Assembly: GCA_947501605.1 (NCBI GenBank)
Contig: CANMWZ010000001.1
Coordinates: 288,001 to 352,000, forward strand
From: Planctomycetota bacterium
GTDB taxonomy: Bacteria; Planctomycetota; UBA1135; UBA2386
Length of the DNA: 64,000 nucleotides
Reading direction: 5' to 3'
Each line of letters starts with the position of its first letter. Positions within the stretch are counted from its first letter, which is position 1. Shown piece by piece: positions 20,040 to 29,328 of this stretch. The notes below the pieces were generated by a model. That model was not told where the DNA came from. It was given only the letters and a program-made list of their open reading frames with translations, and made no database searches. The position numbers and the translations under genes are program-made.

Positions 20040-20202
20040 CAGCTTATGGAAGAACGGCGCCGTCGCCGAGGACTCGGGCGCTGGTTTCCGATCAAGGAGC
20101 GCGAACGAAGTCGAATCAGCAGATTCGACGCAGTTCGTGCGACGCAGAGATGGGACCAGCTACCGCGCGCGCAGACAGGATGCGCGCTGCAACAGGCTGC
20201 TA
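20037..20202. mobile_element. MITE/palindromic element, copy B (degenerate TIRs)
   Basis: Core CAAGGAGC-stem-GTCGAATC(AGCA)GATTCGAC-stem-GCGACGCAG at 20093-20147. Ends GAGCAGCTTATGGAAG / CTGCAACAGGCTGCTA are imperfectly inverted. The right end coincides with the TAG stop of the 20200-20805 gene. Confidence 0.6.
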
Positions 20203-20805
20203 GGACCCGATCGTGATCTTCTTGCCGTTCTGAAACAGCAGCGGCGCCATCGGCGAGTGCGCCGCAGCCTGCAAGTAACACGTGAGACCGATCAGACTCG
20301 GGTCGTTGGGGATCGCCAAGTCACCATCCCACCGATCGAACATCAGACCCCCGGCGATGGTCTGCAGGCCAATGGGATCGACCCATAGCGTGCCGCTGGC
20401 AATCGGCGCATACGACTCGAGCGGCGTGTGGGCGGGAGCCAACGATAGAAAGACAAAGAACTGCGACGGGCCATCGTGCTTGACGCGCATCGACATCATC
20501 CGGCCGATACGCGCGGAACCCGTCGTGAAGACGGACGAGGAGTTCTTGATCGAAGTCACATCAAAGACCGCCGTCGGGCTGTTCGGGTCGTCGCGCAACG
20601 AGCCAGTGACATCGACGGTCCTGTTGACGAACGTGAGCAGCTCGACGTCGGCAGCGAGCAACACGGTCGTGCCCTCGATCTCCACGATGGAGTAGCCACC
20701 GGGGACCGCTGCGAGACCGCCGATCATCCGGATCGGGCCTTGGGCTTGGAGGATGCCGGAGAACGTCGAGGCCGCGAACGCGGCGGCGAGAAGAGCTTTG
20801 CGCAT
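20200..20805 (-). CDS. Secreted protein, paralog 3 of a tandem triplet
   Basis: Signal peptide (LQA/Q); FFVFLSLA...YAPIASGTLWVDP...IPNDPSLIGLTCYLQAA. Confidence 0.8.
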   Translation of the reverse strand: MRKALLAAAFAASTFSGILQAQGPIRMIGGLAAVPGGYSIVEIEGTTVLLAADVELLTFVNRTVDVTGSLRDDPNSPTAVFDVTSIKNSSSVFTTGSARIGRMMSMRVKHDGPSQFFVFLSLAPAHTPLESYAPIASGTLWVDPIGLQTIAGGLMFDRWDGDLAIPNDPSLIGLTCYLQAAAHSPMAPLLFQNGKKITIGS

Positions 20806-20940
20806 GGGAGAGTAGGGGACAGGTTCCAACTCAGGATATCTCCATTTGCGCAACCGGGCGGTTGGATGCGATCGTGCTATCAGTGGCAGCGCCGATCCTG
20901 ACGGCGCCGCCTGCTTGCGCGACGGCGCGTGCCGGCCGAC

Positions 20941-21672
20941 TCAATCGACCAGGCGGCGCGCGAGATTGCCGTACTCGCGATACTCCGCGACATCTGGCGG
21001 GCCGGCAGTGAACAACCACTGCAAGTGCAACGGGTCGGCGGCTGGCACCGCGAGCAGCGACGACGAAACTGTGCCGTAGCCATCCATTCGCTTCAGCACG
21101 GGATGCCGCCCGTCGCCACCGCGATCGAGCAGCAAGGGTCGCAGCGCCTGCAACTGGGCCGCTGGCGTCGAGACGGCGGCGACCGCGGCGCGCAAGCCGG
21201 GTAGCTCCAGTTCGCCGGGCGCGTGCTCGTTCGTCACCACGAGTAACTCCTGGCTCCATTCGATCGTCGCCAGACCCTCGGCGCCGTGCCGCAGAACGAC
21301 GATGCGATGCGCGTCCGCGAGCACCAGTTGGAAGCCACCGAAGGGTCTCTGGTCGAAGATCTCGCGCACTGCGGCGATCGCGGGCTCGAGTTCGCCGCGC
21401 TCCAGCGCGACATGCGGTAGCACCCCGCGCGTCTCAGCATCTACAGGCACGGGCACATCCTTGACGTTGGTCAAGCCGGCAAACAGCCCGCGGGCATTCA
21501 CTCCAAGCCACGTGCCACCCCTCTCGCGGTCGCGCGGCGACAACACACGAGCGCGATCGCCGACCCAGAGTCCGGGCGGTGAGGCCTTGCGGTCCGTGCG
21601 CTCATCGCGATTGCTCGCGACCAGCACCGGGTGCGTCGCAAACCTCCCGCGCAAGACGATCAGCAGGCACAT
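20941..21672 (-). CDS. NRDE / TANGO2 family protein
   Basis: MCLL N-terminus, NRDE, GGTWLGVN, RG and YGTVSS motifs. Confidence 0.92.
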   Translation of the reverse strand: MCLLIVLRGRFATHPVLVASNRDERTDRKASPPGLWVGDRARVLSPRDRERGGTWLGVNARGLFAGLTNVKDVPVPVDAETRGVLPHVALERGELEPAIAAVREIFDQRPFGGFQLVLADAHRIVVLRHGAEGLATIEWSQELLVVTNEHAPGELELPGLRAAVAAVSTPAAQLQALRPLLLDRGGDGRHPVLKRMDGYGTVSSSLLAVPAADPLHLQWLFTAGPPDVAEYREYGNLARRLVD

Positions 21673-21705
21673 CGCGCAGCACGATAGCCGCGCCGCGCCG
21701 CGCGC

Positions 21706-21868
21706 TAGAAGTGGTTTCACAAATGGCCTGCGAGCGAGGCCGAGCAACGAAGTCCGAGGCAAGGAGCGGGTTCGTAGCGGCATCTATGGATGCCGCGGAG
21801 AACTCGCGACGCAGCCATCGAACTTCGGGGCTGGCCGCAGCCGCTGGTGCTTTGTGAAACCGCTTCTA
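21706..21868. mobile_element. MITE/palindromic element, copy A (163 bp, 18-bp TIRs starting TAG)
   Basis: TAGAAGTGGTTTCACAAA (21706-21723) and TTTGTGAAACCGCTTCTA (21851-21868) are 17/18 inverted. Central hairpin GCGGCATC(TATG)GATGCCGC. The right end overlaps the TAG stop of the MFS gene. Confidence 0.8.
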
Positions 21869-23155
21869 CAGACCTTCGACGGGTGGCGCCCCCACGCCAG
21901 GCGTCGGCCGCCCGGTAGATACCCGCCGTAGCGCCAGCATTCCGACTGCACTGGCGACGCACAGCGAGCCGGCGACGACGAACGGCAGCCGCAGGTTGGC
22001 GTGCTCCGAGGTCGCATCGATGCGCGCCAAATGACTGCCGAACCAGGGGCCGAGGGCAAACCCGAACTGCATGCAACTCTGCACCAACGAGAATGCGAAC
22101 GTGCGCCGTTCGGGCTGCACGCGCCGGCTGGCCGCGGCGTAGGCCAAGGTCATCGATCCCGCCATGAAGCAGGCCGATACGCTGCGCAAGGACAGGAAGC
22201 CGCCGATGCCCTCGACCGTCGCCGTCGCGATCTGGGTAGCGCCGAGCACGAGCGCCAGCCACGACAAGCACCGGAGCGGACCAAGGCGATCGGACGCACG
22301 GCCCCAGACCGGCGTGAACACCACCTGGGCCACCGCCAGGATGGTGAAGGCCATTCCGATCGTGCGTTCGAGCGCCACCGATTCGGAACCGCAAACGTTG
22401 AGCATGAACGACGGTGGACCGAGCTCGCGCACGAACAGCGCCACGAACGGCTCGAGCATGTTCTGCCCCAGACGCAGCAACAGGATCAGCAGCAGCAACG
22501 TCGCGAACACGCGATTGCCGAGCAGAGACCTGCACGCTTGGCGGAACTCGCTGAAGAATGACACTCCTGCCATTCGCTTCGGCGGCTGCGTCTCACGGGC
22601 GTAGCGCAGCAGGACGCAGCCGGCGATGCCCGTGAGTGCCGAGGTGCACCACAAGACCGCGTGGCGGCCGTAGAGCAGCGTGACCTCGCTGCCGAGGAGC
22701 GGCCCGAGCCCGGCTCCCAGCGCCATCGCTGCCTGCAGCGAGCCGATCGTTCGTCCCTGCCGCCCCGCTGGAGCGTCTTGCGCAACGAGGGACATCGCCG
22801 GAGCGACATAGCCCGCAAGCGCTCCTTGGACCATGCGAAGCACCAGCAACACCGCGATCGACGGCGCGAACGGCATGAACGCGGTCGTGATGCAGATGGC
22901 GAAGTTGGCGCGCACCGCCATGACCTTCTTGCCCCAGCGATCGCCGAGTGCACCCCAGACGGGCCCCACGATCGCAGCACTCAACGGCGCCGCGCCGTAG
23001 ACAAGGCTCCCCCAGAACGTCAACTCGACCGGGTCCGTGATGCCGTAGCGCTCGCCGACATAGATCGCCAGCACGGGCAGGAACGCCATCAAACCCATCG
23101 ACGTCGTGAACAGAGCAGTCCAGACGGCCAGGTAGTTCTTACGCCAGGGTTCCAC
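21866..23155 (-). CDS. MFS transporter (DHA1/MdtG-like)
   Basis: MEPWRKNYLAVW N-terminus, motif A (WGALGDRWGKK; WGRASDRLG) and about 12 hydrophobic segments. Confidence 0.92.
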   Translation of the reverse strand: MEPWRKNYLAVWTALFTTSMGLMAFLPVLAIYVGERYGITDPVELTFWGSLVYGAAPLSAAIVGPVWGALGDRWGKKVMAVRANFAICITTAFMPFAPSIAVLLVLRMVQGALAGYVAPAMSLVAQDAPAGRQGRTIGSLQAAMALGAGLGPLLGSEVTLLYGRHAVLWCTSALTGIAGCVLLRYARETQPPKRMAGVSFFSEFRQACRSLLGNRVFATLLLLILLLRLGQNMLEPFVALFVRELGPPSFMLNVCGSESVALERTIGMAFTILAVAQVVFTPVWGRASDRLGPLRCLSWLALVLGATQIATATVEGIGGFLSLRSVSACFMAGSMTLAYAAASRRVQPERRTFAFSLVQSCMQFGFALGPWFGSHLARIDATSEHANLRLPFVVAGSLCVASAVGMLALRRVSTGRPTPGVGAPPVEGL

Positions 23156-23230
23156 GCGGAGTTCGAGCGGTCCCTTCTACCTTGCTCAGTGCAGCAGGGC
23201 TCGCGGGATTCTCGGGAGGGTCGTGCCGGA

Positions 23231-24484
23231 ATGCAGGCCGTCGCTCCCCCTGTGGATATGCGCACCGTGATGTTGGCAGTGCTCGCCGTCTTGCAACCGC
23301 TGTGGCTCGCTCTCCCCTCGTTCCTTGCCATCGCCATGGCCACGTCCACCCGTTCCCAAGAATTGTCGCTGTCGCGACTCGAGCTCGAGCCGACATCGCT
23401 CGCCGCATTTGTGCGTCGAAAGGCCGCAGTGCTGCATCGCCATCGCGATCAGGCCAGGACCTCGCGAGAGCGCATGGGCCCGCTGCTGGCATGGCTCTGG
23501 CTCGGTCGGCACGACCTTGCACGCGCCGAACTCAACGCCGCCACTCGGGCAAGTGCGGTGCCGACCAGTGACGACGATGCCTGGCTGTTGATCCAACACT
23601 ACTGGACCTTGCGCGCGACCCGCGACCATGACGCTCTGGCCACAGCTTGGCCGCAACTGGCAGCCGCGGCAGGGCGAGTTGCAGGGGGGAGCACGGAGGG
23701 CACCAAAGGGCCATCCTACGACGGCGCCGTGTTGCGGCTTCAGGGGTTGGCATGCGCCGGCCTGCTCGCGGCAGCGAGCGGCGACGAACGCCTGCAGACG
23801 ACCTTCGACCTGAGAGCACGCGCTCTGCTCGACCAACTCGAAGCGAGCTACTGGTCGCCGACAGACGGTTGCTTTGCGGACGCAGCGACCGGTGGGACTC
23901 CCGTGAGTTTGTTCGCGTGCTCGATCGGCATGCTGACGACGACCGCGGATCGCACAGAACGTCACGCGCGACTTGGCTTGCGCCAGCGTGGCGGTGGCAG
24001 CAGCGGCACCAGCGACGTCGAGGCCACACTCGTCGCCCTGGCGCAGTTTGATGGTGCGCGCGCGACGGCGCTCGAGGCCTTGTTGGCAGACCCGAGTGAG
24101 TCTCCCACTCGAGCCGGCCTGGCCATCGACGCAGTCCTGTTTGCCACGACGGGACTGCGCATGGCGACCGGCCCAGGCATCGACGAAGCATGGGTGCGGT
24201 TGCGGCCATTCGTACCGAGTGCCAGCGATCGCCTCGTGGTCCGCGGACTCATGCACGACGGGTGGACCTGCGACCTGTCCTGCGACCGCAGCGGCGAAGA
24301 GACTGTTGGGCGCTACACCCTGCACAGCCAGCGGCCGGGCTGCTCGTGGCGACAGTTGGTGGTGCACCAGGACCGCCGCACGTTTGTCGCCGCGGCGATC
24401 GACGGCGAGGCCATCGAGCTCAGGTCGATGGCCGTCGCGCGCGAAGATCTGCTCGCGCCGCCTACTTCGAGCCGGAGTCGATGA
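23231..24484 (+). CDS. Hypothetical protein, possibly a degenerate six-hairpin glycosidase-like fold
   Basis: Y..ATRD..L...WP and LEASYWSPTDGCFAD segments recall (alpha/alpha)6 glycosidases; start uncertain (23231 or 23258). Confidence 0.5.
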   Translation: MQAVAPPVDMRTVMLAVLAVLQPLWLALPSFLAIAMATSTRSQELSLSRLELEPTSLAAFVRRKAAVLHRHRDQARTSRERMGPLLAWLWLGRHDLARAELNAATRASAVPTSDDDAWLLIQHYWTLRATRDHDALATAWPQLAAAAGRVAGGSTEGTKGPSYDGAVLRLQGLACAGLLAAASGDERLQTTFDLRARALLDQLEASYWSPTDGCFADAATGGTPVSLFACSIGMLTTTADRTERHARLGLRQRGGGSSGTSDVEATLVALAQFDGARATALEALLADPSESPTRAGLAIDAVLFATTGLRMATGPGIDEAWVRLRPFVPSASDRLVVRGLMHDGWTCDLSCDRSGEETVGRYTLHSQRPGCSWRQLVVHQDRRTFVAAAIDGEAIELRSMAVAREDLLAPPTSSRSR

Positions 24485-25841
24485 CGATCACCAGCCGCAT
24501 CGTGGCTGACATTGGATTGGCCATCGATCCGGCACCGCCCCCCTGAGTTGCCCCGATCGGGCTAGGCGAAGTCGGACCTGTGGAAGGACGACCAGCGGAA
24601 CCAACGGGTGCGGCTTCGCCGACAGCAGTTTCGCCGACGGCAGCTTCGCGATCCGCTGCCGCCACCCGGCCAACCGACTTGGCTCGGGCACCGTCCACCT
24701 CGGCCACCGGCTCTTGCTCCAGCTTCGACGCCGGCTTGAATGCCAGCACCTCGGCCATCGCGATTTCGCCGTTGGTGACTTCGTAGCCATGGCTGCGGCC
24801 TGTGTCGGAGAGTCGACCGAGAAAGGCATAGACGTCGGCACTGCGGCCTTCGATCAACCACGCCTGAATCGTCGGGCTCGCGCCGCGGGACTCGCCGCCA
24901 ATGCGACCGAGGTCGCCCGGCACCGCGGGCAGGCGCTGCACCTGCAGGCTACCGAGCGTCTTGTCGAGTTCCGCCAACCCGGCGAGCAGGCCGGCGACGG
25001 GGCCGTCGGGTGGAGCCGAGCCCGCAGCAGGAGCCGCACCGCGCGGCATTGTCTTCTCTCTGGCCTCAGCACTCTTGCTCGCGACGCTATCGGGCAGGCG
25101 GCGCAGCACGACGCGAGGCACCATCGTCTTCGGCGCGTCGACTGGAGGGGCAGGCGCGCCAAAGAGACCAGCCGAGCCCGCGGGCGATGCGGAACCTCCA
25201 TCGGCCTCCAGCACATGGAGATCTGCGATGGCCGCATCCTTCTTCAGTCGCAGCGCTTCAGGGGCATTCTGCTCCTGCCCCACGGCGGCAGCGTCTCGAT
25301 CGGCCCTGCCGGCCTTGGTGTTCGTCGCACTGCCGTAGGCCCTGAGCTTGACATCCATGGGTTCCGCGTTCGCTGGCTCCCCCAGCCCGCCATTCCGATC
25401 CTCACTCTTCGACTCAGACTCCTGTCTCTTGTCCTTCGTCGCCAACGACGTGTCATCCAGAGTGGCGGTCTGCAACGTTGCACTCGGCTGCCAACGATCG
25501 AGTGCCACCATCAGCAGGAGCATCGCCGCGGCCACGAGACCACTGCGCCACCAAGCACTCGGCAGCGACCGCGGGATCGGCATCGGCGAGACTCGCGAGG
25601 GATCACTCGAGGGGTTCTGGATGCGGGCAAGGACGGCGTCGGCGACATCGATCTTGACCATCGGCTGCGAAAACGCTTGGCCAACACTCTGTGCCGTGCG
25701 GCGATAGGCTTCGGCGCGCTCGCGAAGCGGCTTGCTGACACGCATCTCGGCCTCGAAGCGCTCACGCTCCCGCGGCGTCATCTGGCCGTCAATCCAGTCG
25801 GCGAAGCGTTCGTCCCCATCTCCTTGCATTGGCTTGGTCAC
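24462..25841 (-). CDS. Putative transmembrane anti-sigma factor
   Basis: DWIDGQMTPRERERFE anti-sigma-like N-terminus, a single TM segment, and GTGA coupling to the ECF sigma stop. Confidence 0.75.
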   Translation of the reverse strand: MTKPMQGDGDERFADWIDGQMTPRERERFEAEMRVSKPLRERAEAYRRTAQSVGQAFSQPMVKIDVADAVLARIQNPSSDPSRVSPMPIPRSLPSAWWRSGLVAAAMLLLMVALDRWQPSATLQTATLDDTSLATKDKRQESESKSEDRNGGLGEPANAEPMDVKLRAYGSATNTKAGRADRDAAAVGQEQNAPEALRLKKDAAIADLHVLEADGGSASPAGSAGLFGAPAPPVDAPKTMVPRVVLRRLPDSVASKSAEAREKTMPRGAAPAAGSAPPDGPVAGLLAGLAELDKTLGSLQVQRLPAVPGDLGRIGGESRGASPTIQAWLIEGRSADVYAFLGRLSDTGRSHGYEVTNGEIAMAEVLAFKPASKLEQEPVAEVDGARAKSVGRVAAADREAAVGETAVGEAAPVGSAGRPSTGPTSPSPIGATQGGGAGSMANPMSATMRLVIVIDSGSK

Positions 25842-26530
25842 GGCTGGAACCCCTGCAACATCTGCTGCAACAGCACGCGACCGCGATGGATGCGCGACCG
25901 CACCGTGCCGGCGGCGATACCCAGTGCGGTACCGATCTCCTCGTACGACAGACCTTCGAGGTCGCGCAGCACCACGGCCGCGCGGAACTCCTCGGGGAGG
26001 TCGTGCACGCAGGCTCGGACGCGAGCGAGGAACTCCCTCTGGTGCGACAGCTCGCCCGGGTCGCGTTCGCGTCCGGCCGGATCGAGGAACAGATCGTCGG
26101 TCCCGCCGATCGGCGCATCGATGGACAAGGGTCGCGGGCCTCGCTTCTGGGCTCGCCGCGCGCGGTACTCGGTGATCGACACGTTGGTCGCGATGGTGTG
26201 GATCCAGGCAAACAGATTCTGGCCGTCGAAAGACGGCAGGCCCTTCCATACGCGCACGAAGACCTCCTGGCAGATGTCTTCGGCGGCGCTTCGATCACAA
26301 CGCAGTACAGCGATCACGACACGGGTCACTCGGTCTTGGAAGGTCTCGATCAGCCGTCGAAACGCGTCCATGTCACCCTTGCCTGCCAGCCTTGCCAGCG
26401 TGTGGGCCTGTTCGCGCAACTCGGGCGCGGCGGCGACCACCAGCGGCGGGCGTCCTCCGGGCGAGGGGGGCGACGAACGCAACTCACTAGGAGCGGTTCC
26501 AGACAGCTCAGGTTCTCGTTCGGCGGTCAC
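25838..26530 (-). CDS. ECF RNA polymerase sigma factor (RpoE-like)
   Basis: Region 2 AEDICQEVFVRVW...WIHTIATN; region 4 LRDLEGLSYEEIG...GTVRSRIHRGR. Confidence 0.93.
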   Translation of the reverse strand: MTAEREPELSGTAPSELRSSPPSPGGRPPLVVAAAPELREQAHTLARLAGKGDMDAFRRLIETFQDRVTRVVIAVLRCDRSAAEDICQEVFVRVWKGLPSFDGQNLFAWIHTIATNVSITEYRARRAQKRGPRPLSIDAPIGGTDDLFLDPAGRERDPGELSHQREFLARVRACVHDLPEEFRAAVVLRDLEGLSYEEIGTALGIAAGTVRSRIHRGRVLLQQMLQGFQP

Positions 26531-26640
26531 AAAAGGTCCGAGGCGATGGCAAGTCGGGCAGCGCGGGCCGCGGAGTACCCGGTGCGAGGCGGAGAGGATA
26601 TCGTGCGCCGCTCCGGACGCCCCTACTCGAAGCGAACTTC

Positions 26641-26937
26641 ATGCCGAAGGACCTCTACCAGTTTCCGTGCCCCTGCTGCAGCAAGCAGATCGAAATCGAC
26701 ATCCGCTCAGGCCGCACGCGTGCGGTAAAGCCGAGCGAACAGAAAGGTGGCCAAGACCTCGACGGGCTGCTGCAGAAACACCAGCGCGAGTCGGAGCGGC
26801 TCGGCCAGTTGTTCGACCAAGCAAAACAAGGGCAAGGCAACCAGAAGAAAGCACTCGAGGACCTTCTCGATCGGGCCAAGGAAGACGCCAAGAAGAACAA
26901 GGACGAGAAGCTGAATCGACCGTGGGACCTCGAGTGA
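26641..26937 (+). CDS. Small protein with CPCC knuckle and charged coiled-coil
   Basis: MPKDLYQFPCPCCSKQIEID followed by a K/E/Q-rich helix; divergent from the ECF sigma. Confidence 0.75.
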   Translation: MPKDLYQFPCPCCSKQIEIDIRSGRTRAVKPSEQKGGQDLDGLLQKHQRESERLGQLFDQAKQGQGNQKKALEDLLDRAKEDAKKNKDEKLNRPWDLE

Positions 26938-26976
26938 CTTCGGCACCGCGAACGCGCCACTGAGTGCCGCAGACCT

Positions 26977-28467
26977 TCACTGATCGCGCAAGCGCTGAAC
27001 GACCCTATCCCCCTCGGCCGTCCACTGCGGCCGCGCCGCGCGATCGGCGAATGCCCGGACGACGTGCTCCATGCCCTGGATGACAGCCGTCATGTGCGGG
27101 ACGTCGATGCGCGAGACCTCGTCAGACGGGCGGTGGTAGTCGGCATGAAGGGAACCGGCGCTGATCGAATGCGCGACGATCCCTTTGCGCACGAACGACA
27201 GGTTGTCGCTCTGCGCAAACAGCGCCTTGGCCTGTTGGAACTCGATCACCTCGATGCCGCCTTGTTGCAGCGCCTCGGTCGCGATCGCCGCGAAGTCCGA
27301 GTAGTCCGCGCCGGTGATCCACGCACTCTTCCGTTTCCCCTCCTGAGGACGACCGAGCATCTCGATGTTGATGTTGGCGACGATCGACTCGAGCGGGAAC
27401 GGCGGCGAGTCAGCAAAGGCAGCCGAACCTCGCAGCCCCTTCTCCTCGGCAGAGAAACAGACGAACGCAATCGATCGCTCGGACCGCGGATCCTGCGCCA
27501 TCTTTTCGGCCAGCAGCACTACGGCGGTCGTGCCCGTAGCGTCGTCGTCGGCGCCGTTGCAGATCGCATCGCCATCGACGGGAATCGTCGTGCCAATGTG
27601 GTCGTAGTGCGCCGAAACAACGACGTACTCGTCGGGCTTCACCGCGCCACGAAGCACGCCAACCACGTTGCTGAGCGGGATGTCGACGGGAGTCGAGGCC
27701 GCGCCGATCCACTCGATCGACCACGACGGCGGTTGCGCATCCGTGCCACGAGGGGCGTTCGTCGCGCCCTCCTGGGCCTTCAGCACGGATTCGGGGAGAG
27801 CCTTGTCGCGCACCAAGAAGACGGGGGCCGAGTTGCGCAACCGGCGGGACAGCAAGTCGCGCGACCCGGCGCATGCGACCCACATCGGATGGTCCTCGGC
27901 AACCACGACGACCGTTGGCTTGCGGCTACCGCCCCTCTGCAGAACATTTGGCAGGCGCGGATCGGACGGTAGCACCACGGTCGCGTCGACGGCAGCGCCG
28001 TCGGCCTCGGCGCTGCCCGCCAGCAATCGGACATCGACGTCCCCCTTCCACTCGATCTCCTTGCCGACGCCGTCGACCGACAACTTGGCCTTCAACACCA
28101 GCATCGTCGAGTCGAGTCGCTGGCCCGGCAGCGTGTAGGTGTGGCGGAATGCGGTCCCAGTGCCCGGCGCGAGCCCAGCCTTCTTGAAGCGCTCTACGAG
28201 CCATTCGGCCGACGCCTCGAGGCCGGGGCTCGGGCAATCGCGCCCGTTCCGCTCGTCGCTCGCAAGCCACGTGAGACTCTCGCGGACTCGCGCCTCGGTG
28301 ATCGGCGCCGGCTCGCGCTTCAACTCGGCGGCTTCGTCGGGAGACTGCACTTCGAGTGGCCGTGGCGCCACCGACGGCGAAGCCGGCGCAGTGCTCTGGG
28401 CCAAGGCAGCCGCAGCGACGAACAGCGGCGACAACAGGCGGGACCAAATCGTGGGATCGTGCTTCAT
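26977..28467 (-). CDS. Secreted M28 family metallopeptidase
   Basis: SAHYDHIG, NGADDDATG, AEEKGLRGS, SDN and YHRPSDE. Confidence 0.92.
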   Translation of the reverse strand: MKHDPTIWSRLLSPLFVAAAALAQSTAPASPSVAPRPLEVQSPDEAAELKREPAPITEARVRESLTWLASDERNGRDCPSPGLEASAEWLVERFKKAGLAPGTGTAFRHTYTLPGQRLDSTMLVLKAKLSVDGVGKEIEWKGDVDVRLLAGSAEADGAAVDATVVLPSDPRLPNVLQRGGSRKPTVVVVAEDHPMWVACAGSRDLLSRRLRNSAPVFLVRDKALPESVLKAQEGATNAPRGTDAQPPSWSIEWIGAASTPVDIPLSNVVGVLRGAVKPDEYVVVSAHYDHIGTTIPVDGDAICNGADDDATGTTAVVLLAEKMAQDPRSERSIAFVCFSAEEKGLRGSAAFADSPPFPLESIVANINIEMLGRPQEGKRKSAWITGADYSDFAAIATEALQQGGIEVIEFQQAKALFAQSDNLSFVRKGIVAHSISAGSLHADYHRPSDEVSRIDVPHMTAVIQGMEHVVRAFADRAARPQWTAEGDRVVQRLRDQ

Positions 28468-29303
28468 GCGGGTCCGGGTAGGTCAGCTTCGTGCCAGGAA
28501 CCCTGGCGATAGCCGAGCAGATCGAGGGTGACATGCGCATAGCCGACGCTGCGAATGCCGCGCGCGAGGTCGACGCGCCGAGCGATGGCGTGGGCCAACT
28601 CGTCCGGACCGAGTTCGAGCCGCGCAAGGTCCCCATGGTGACGCACACGGAACTGGCGGAAGCCGAGTTCGCGCAGCACGTGCTCGGCCTGTTCGATGCG
28701 CAGCAGCAGCGCGCGATCGATCGCGGTACCGTGCGGCACGCGGGACGAAAGGCAGGCAAAGCTCGGCTTGTCGGCCGTGCGCAGCAAGGCGTCCCGGCTG
28801 TAGCGACGCACGTCCGTCTTGTAGAAGCCGGCGTCGATCAATGGCGCGAGCACTCCGTGCTCCTGCGCCGCCTTCTGTCCTGGTCGATGATCCCCAAGGT
28901 CGTCCATGATCGCGCCATAGACGACGGGCCAATCGGCGGGCGCAACCTCGGCGCGTCGCCGCGCGACGGTGACAAACAGCTCCTTCTTGCAATGGTAGCA
29001 GCGGTCGCCGTCGTTCTTGCGGTAGTCGGCCTGCTCGAGCTCGTGGGTTGCCAGGACCACGTGGCGCGAGCCGAGTTCGCGGGCAATCGCTCTTGCCTCG
29101 TCGAGTTCGGCCCGCGGCAACGACGGCGAATCTGCGGTCACCGCGACGGCACGATCGCCGAGCGCCGCGATGCAGGCGTGCAGCAACATCGTGCTATCGA
29201 CGCCAGCCGAGAAGGCGACGATGGCGCCCGGCAAGGCGGCAAGGCGCTGCTGCAGGGCCAGGAGCCTCGGCGCGTAGTCAGGGTCGATGGCGGTATCGGT
29301 CAC
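28464..29303 (-). CDS. larE: ATP-dependent sulfur transferase LarE
   Basis: PP-loop AFSAGVDS, RCYHCK, DHRPG, DKPSFACLSSR, RVRHHG and GYRQGS. Confidence 0.9.
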   Translation of the reverse strand: MTDTAIDPDYAPRLLALQQRLAALPGAIVAFSAGVDSTMLLHACIAALGDRAVAVTADSPSLPRAELDEARAIARELGSRHVVLATHELEQADYRKNDGDRCYHCKKELFVTVARRRAEVAPADWPVVYGAIMDDLGDHRPGQKAAQEHGVLAPLIDAGFYKTDVRRYSRDALLRTADKPSFACLSSRVPHGTAIDRALLLRIEQAEHVLRELGFRQFRVRHHGDLARLELGPDELAHAIARRVDLARGIRSVGYAHVTLDLLGYRQGSWHEADLPGPA

Positions 29304-29328
29304 GTGGTTCTCGCAGCAGCCAGCAAAC

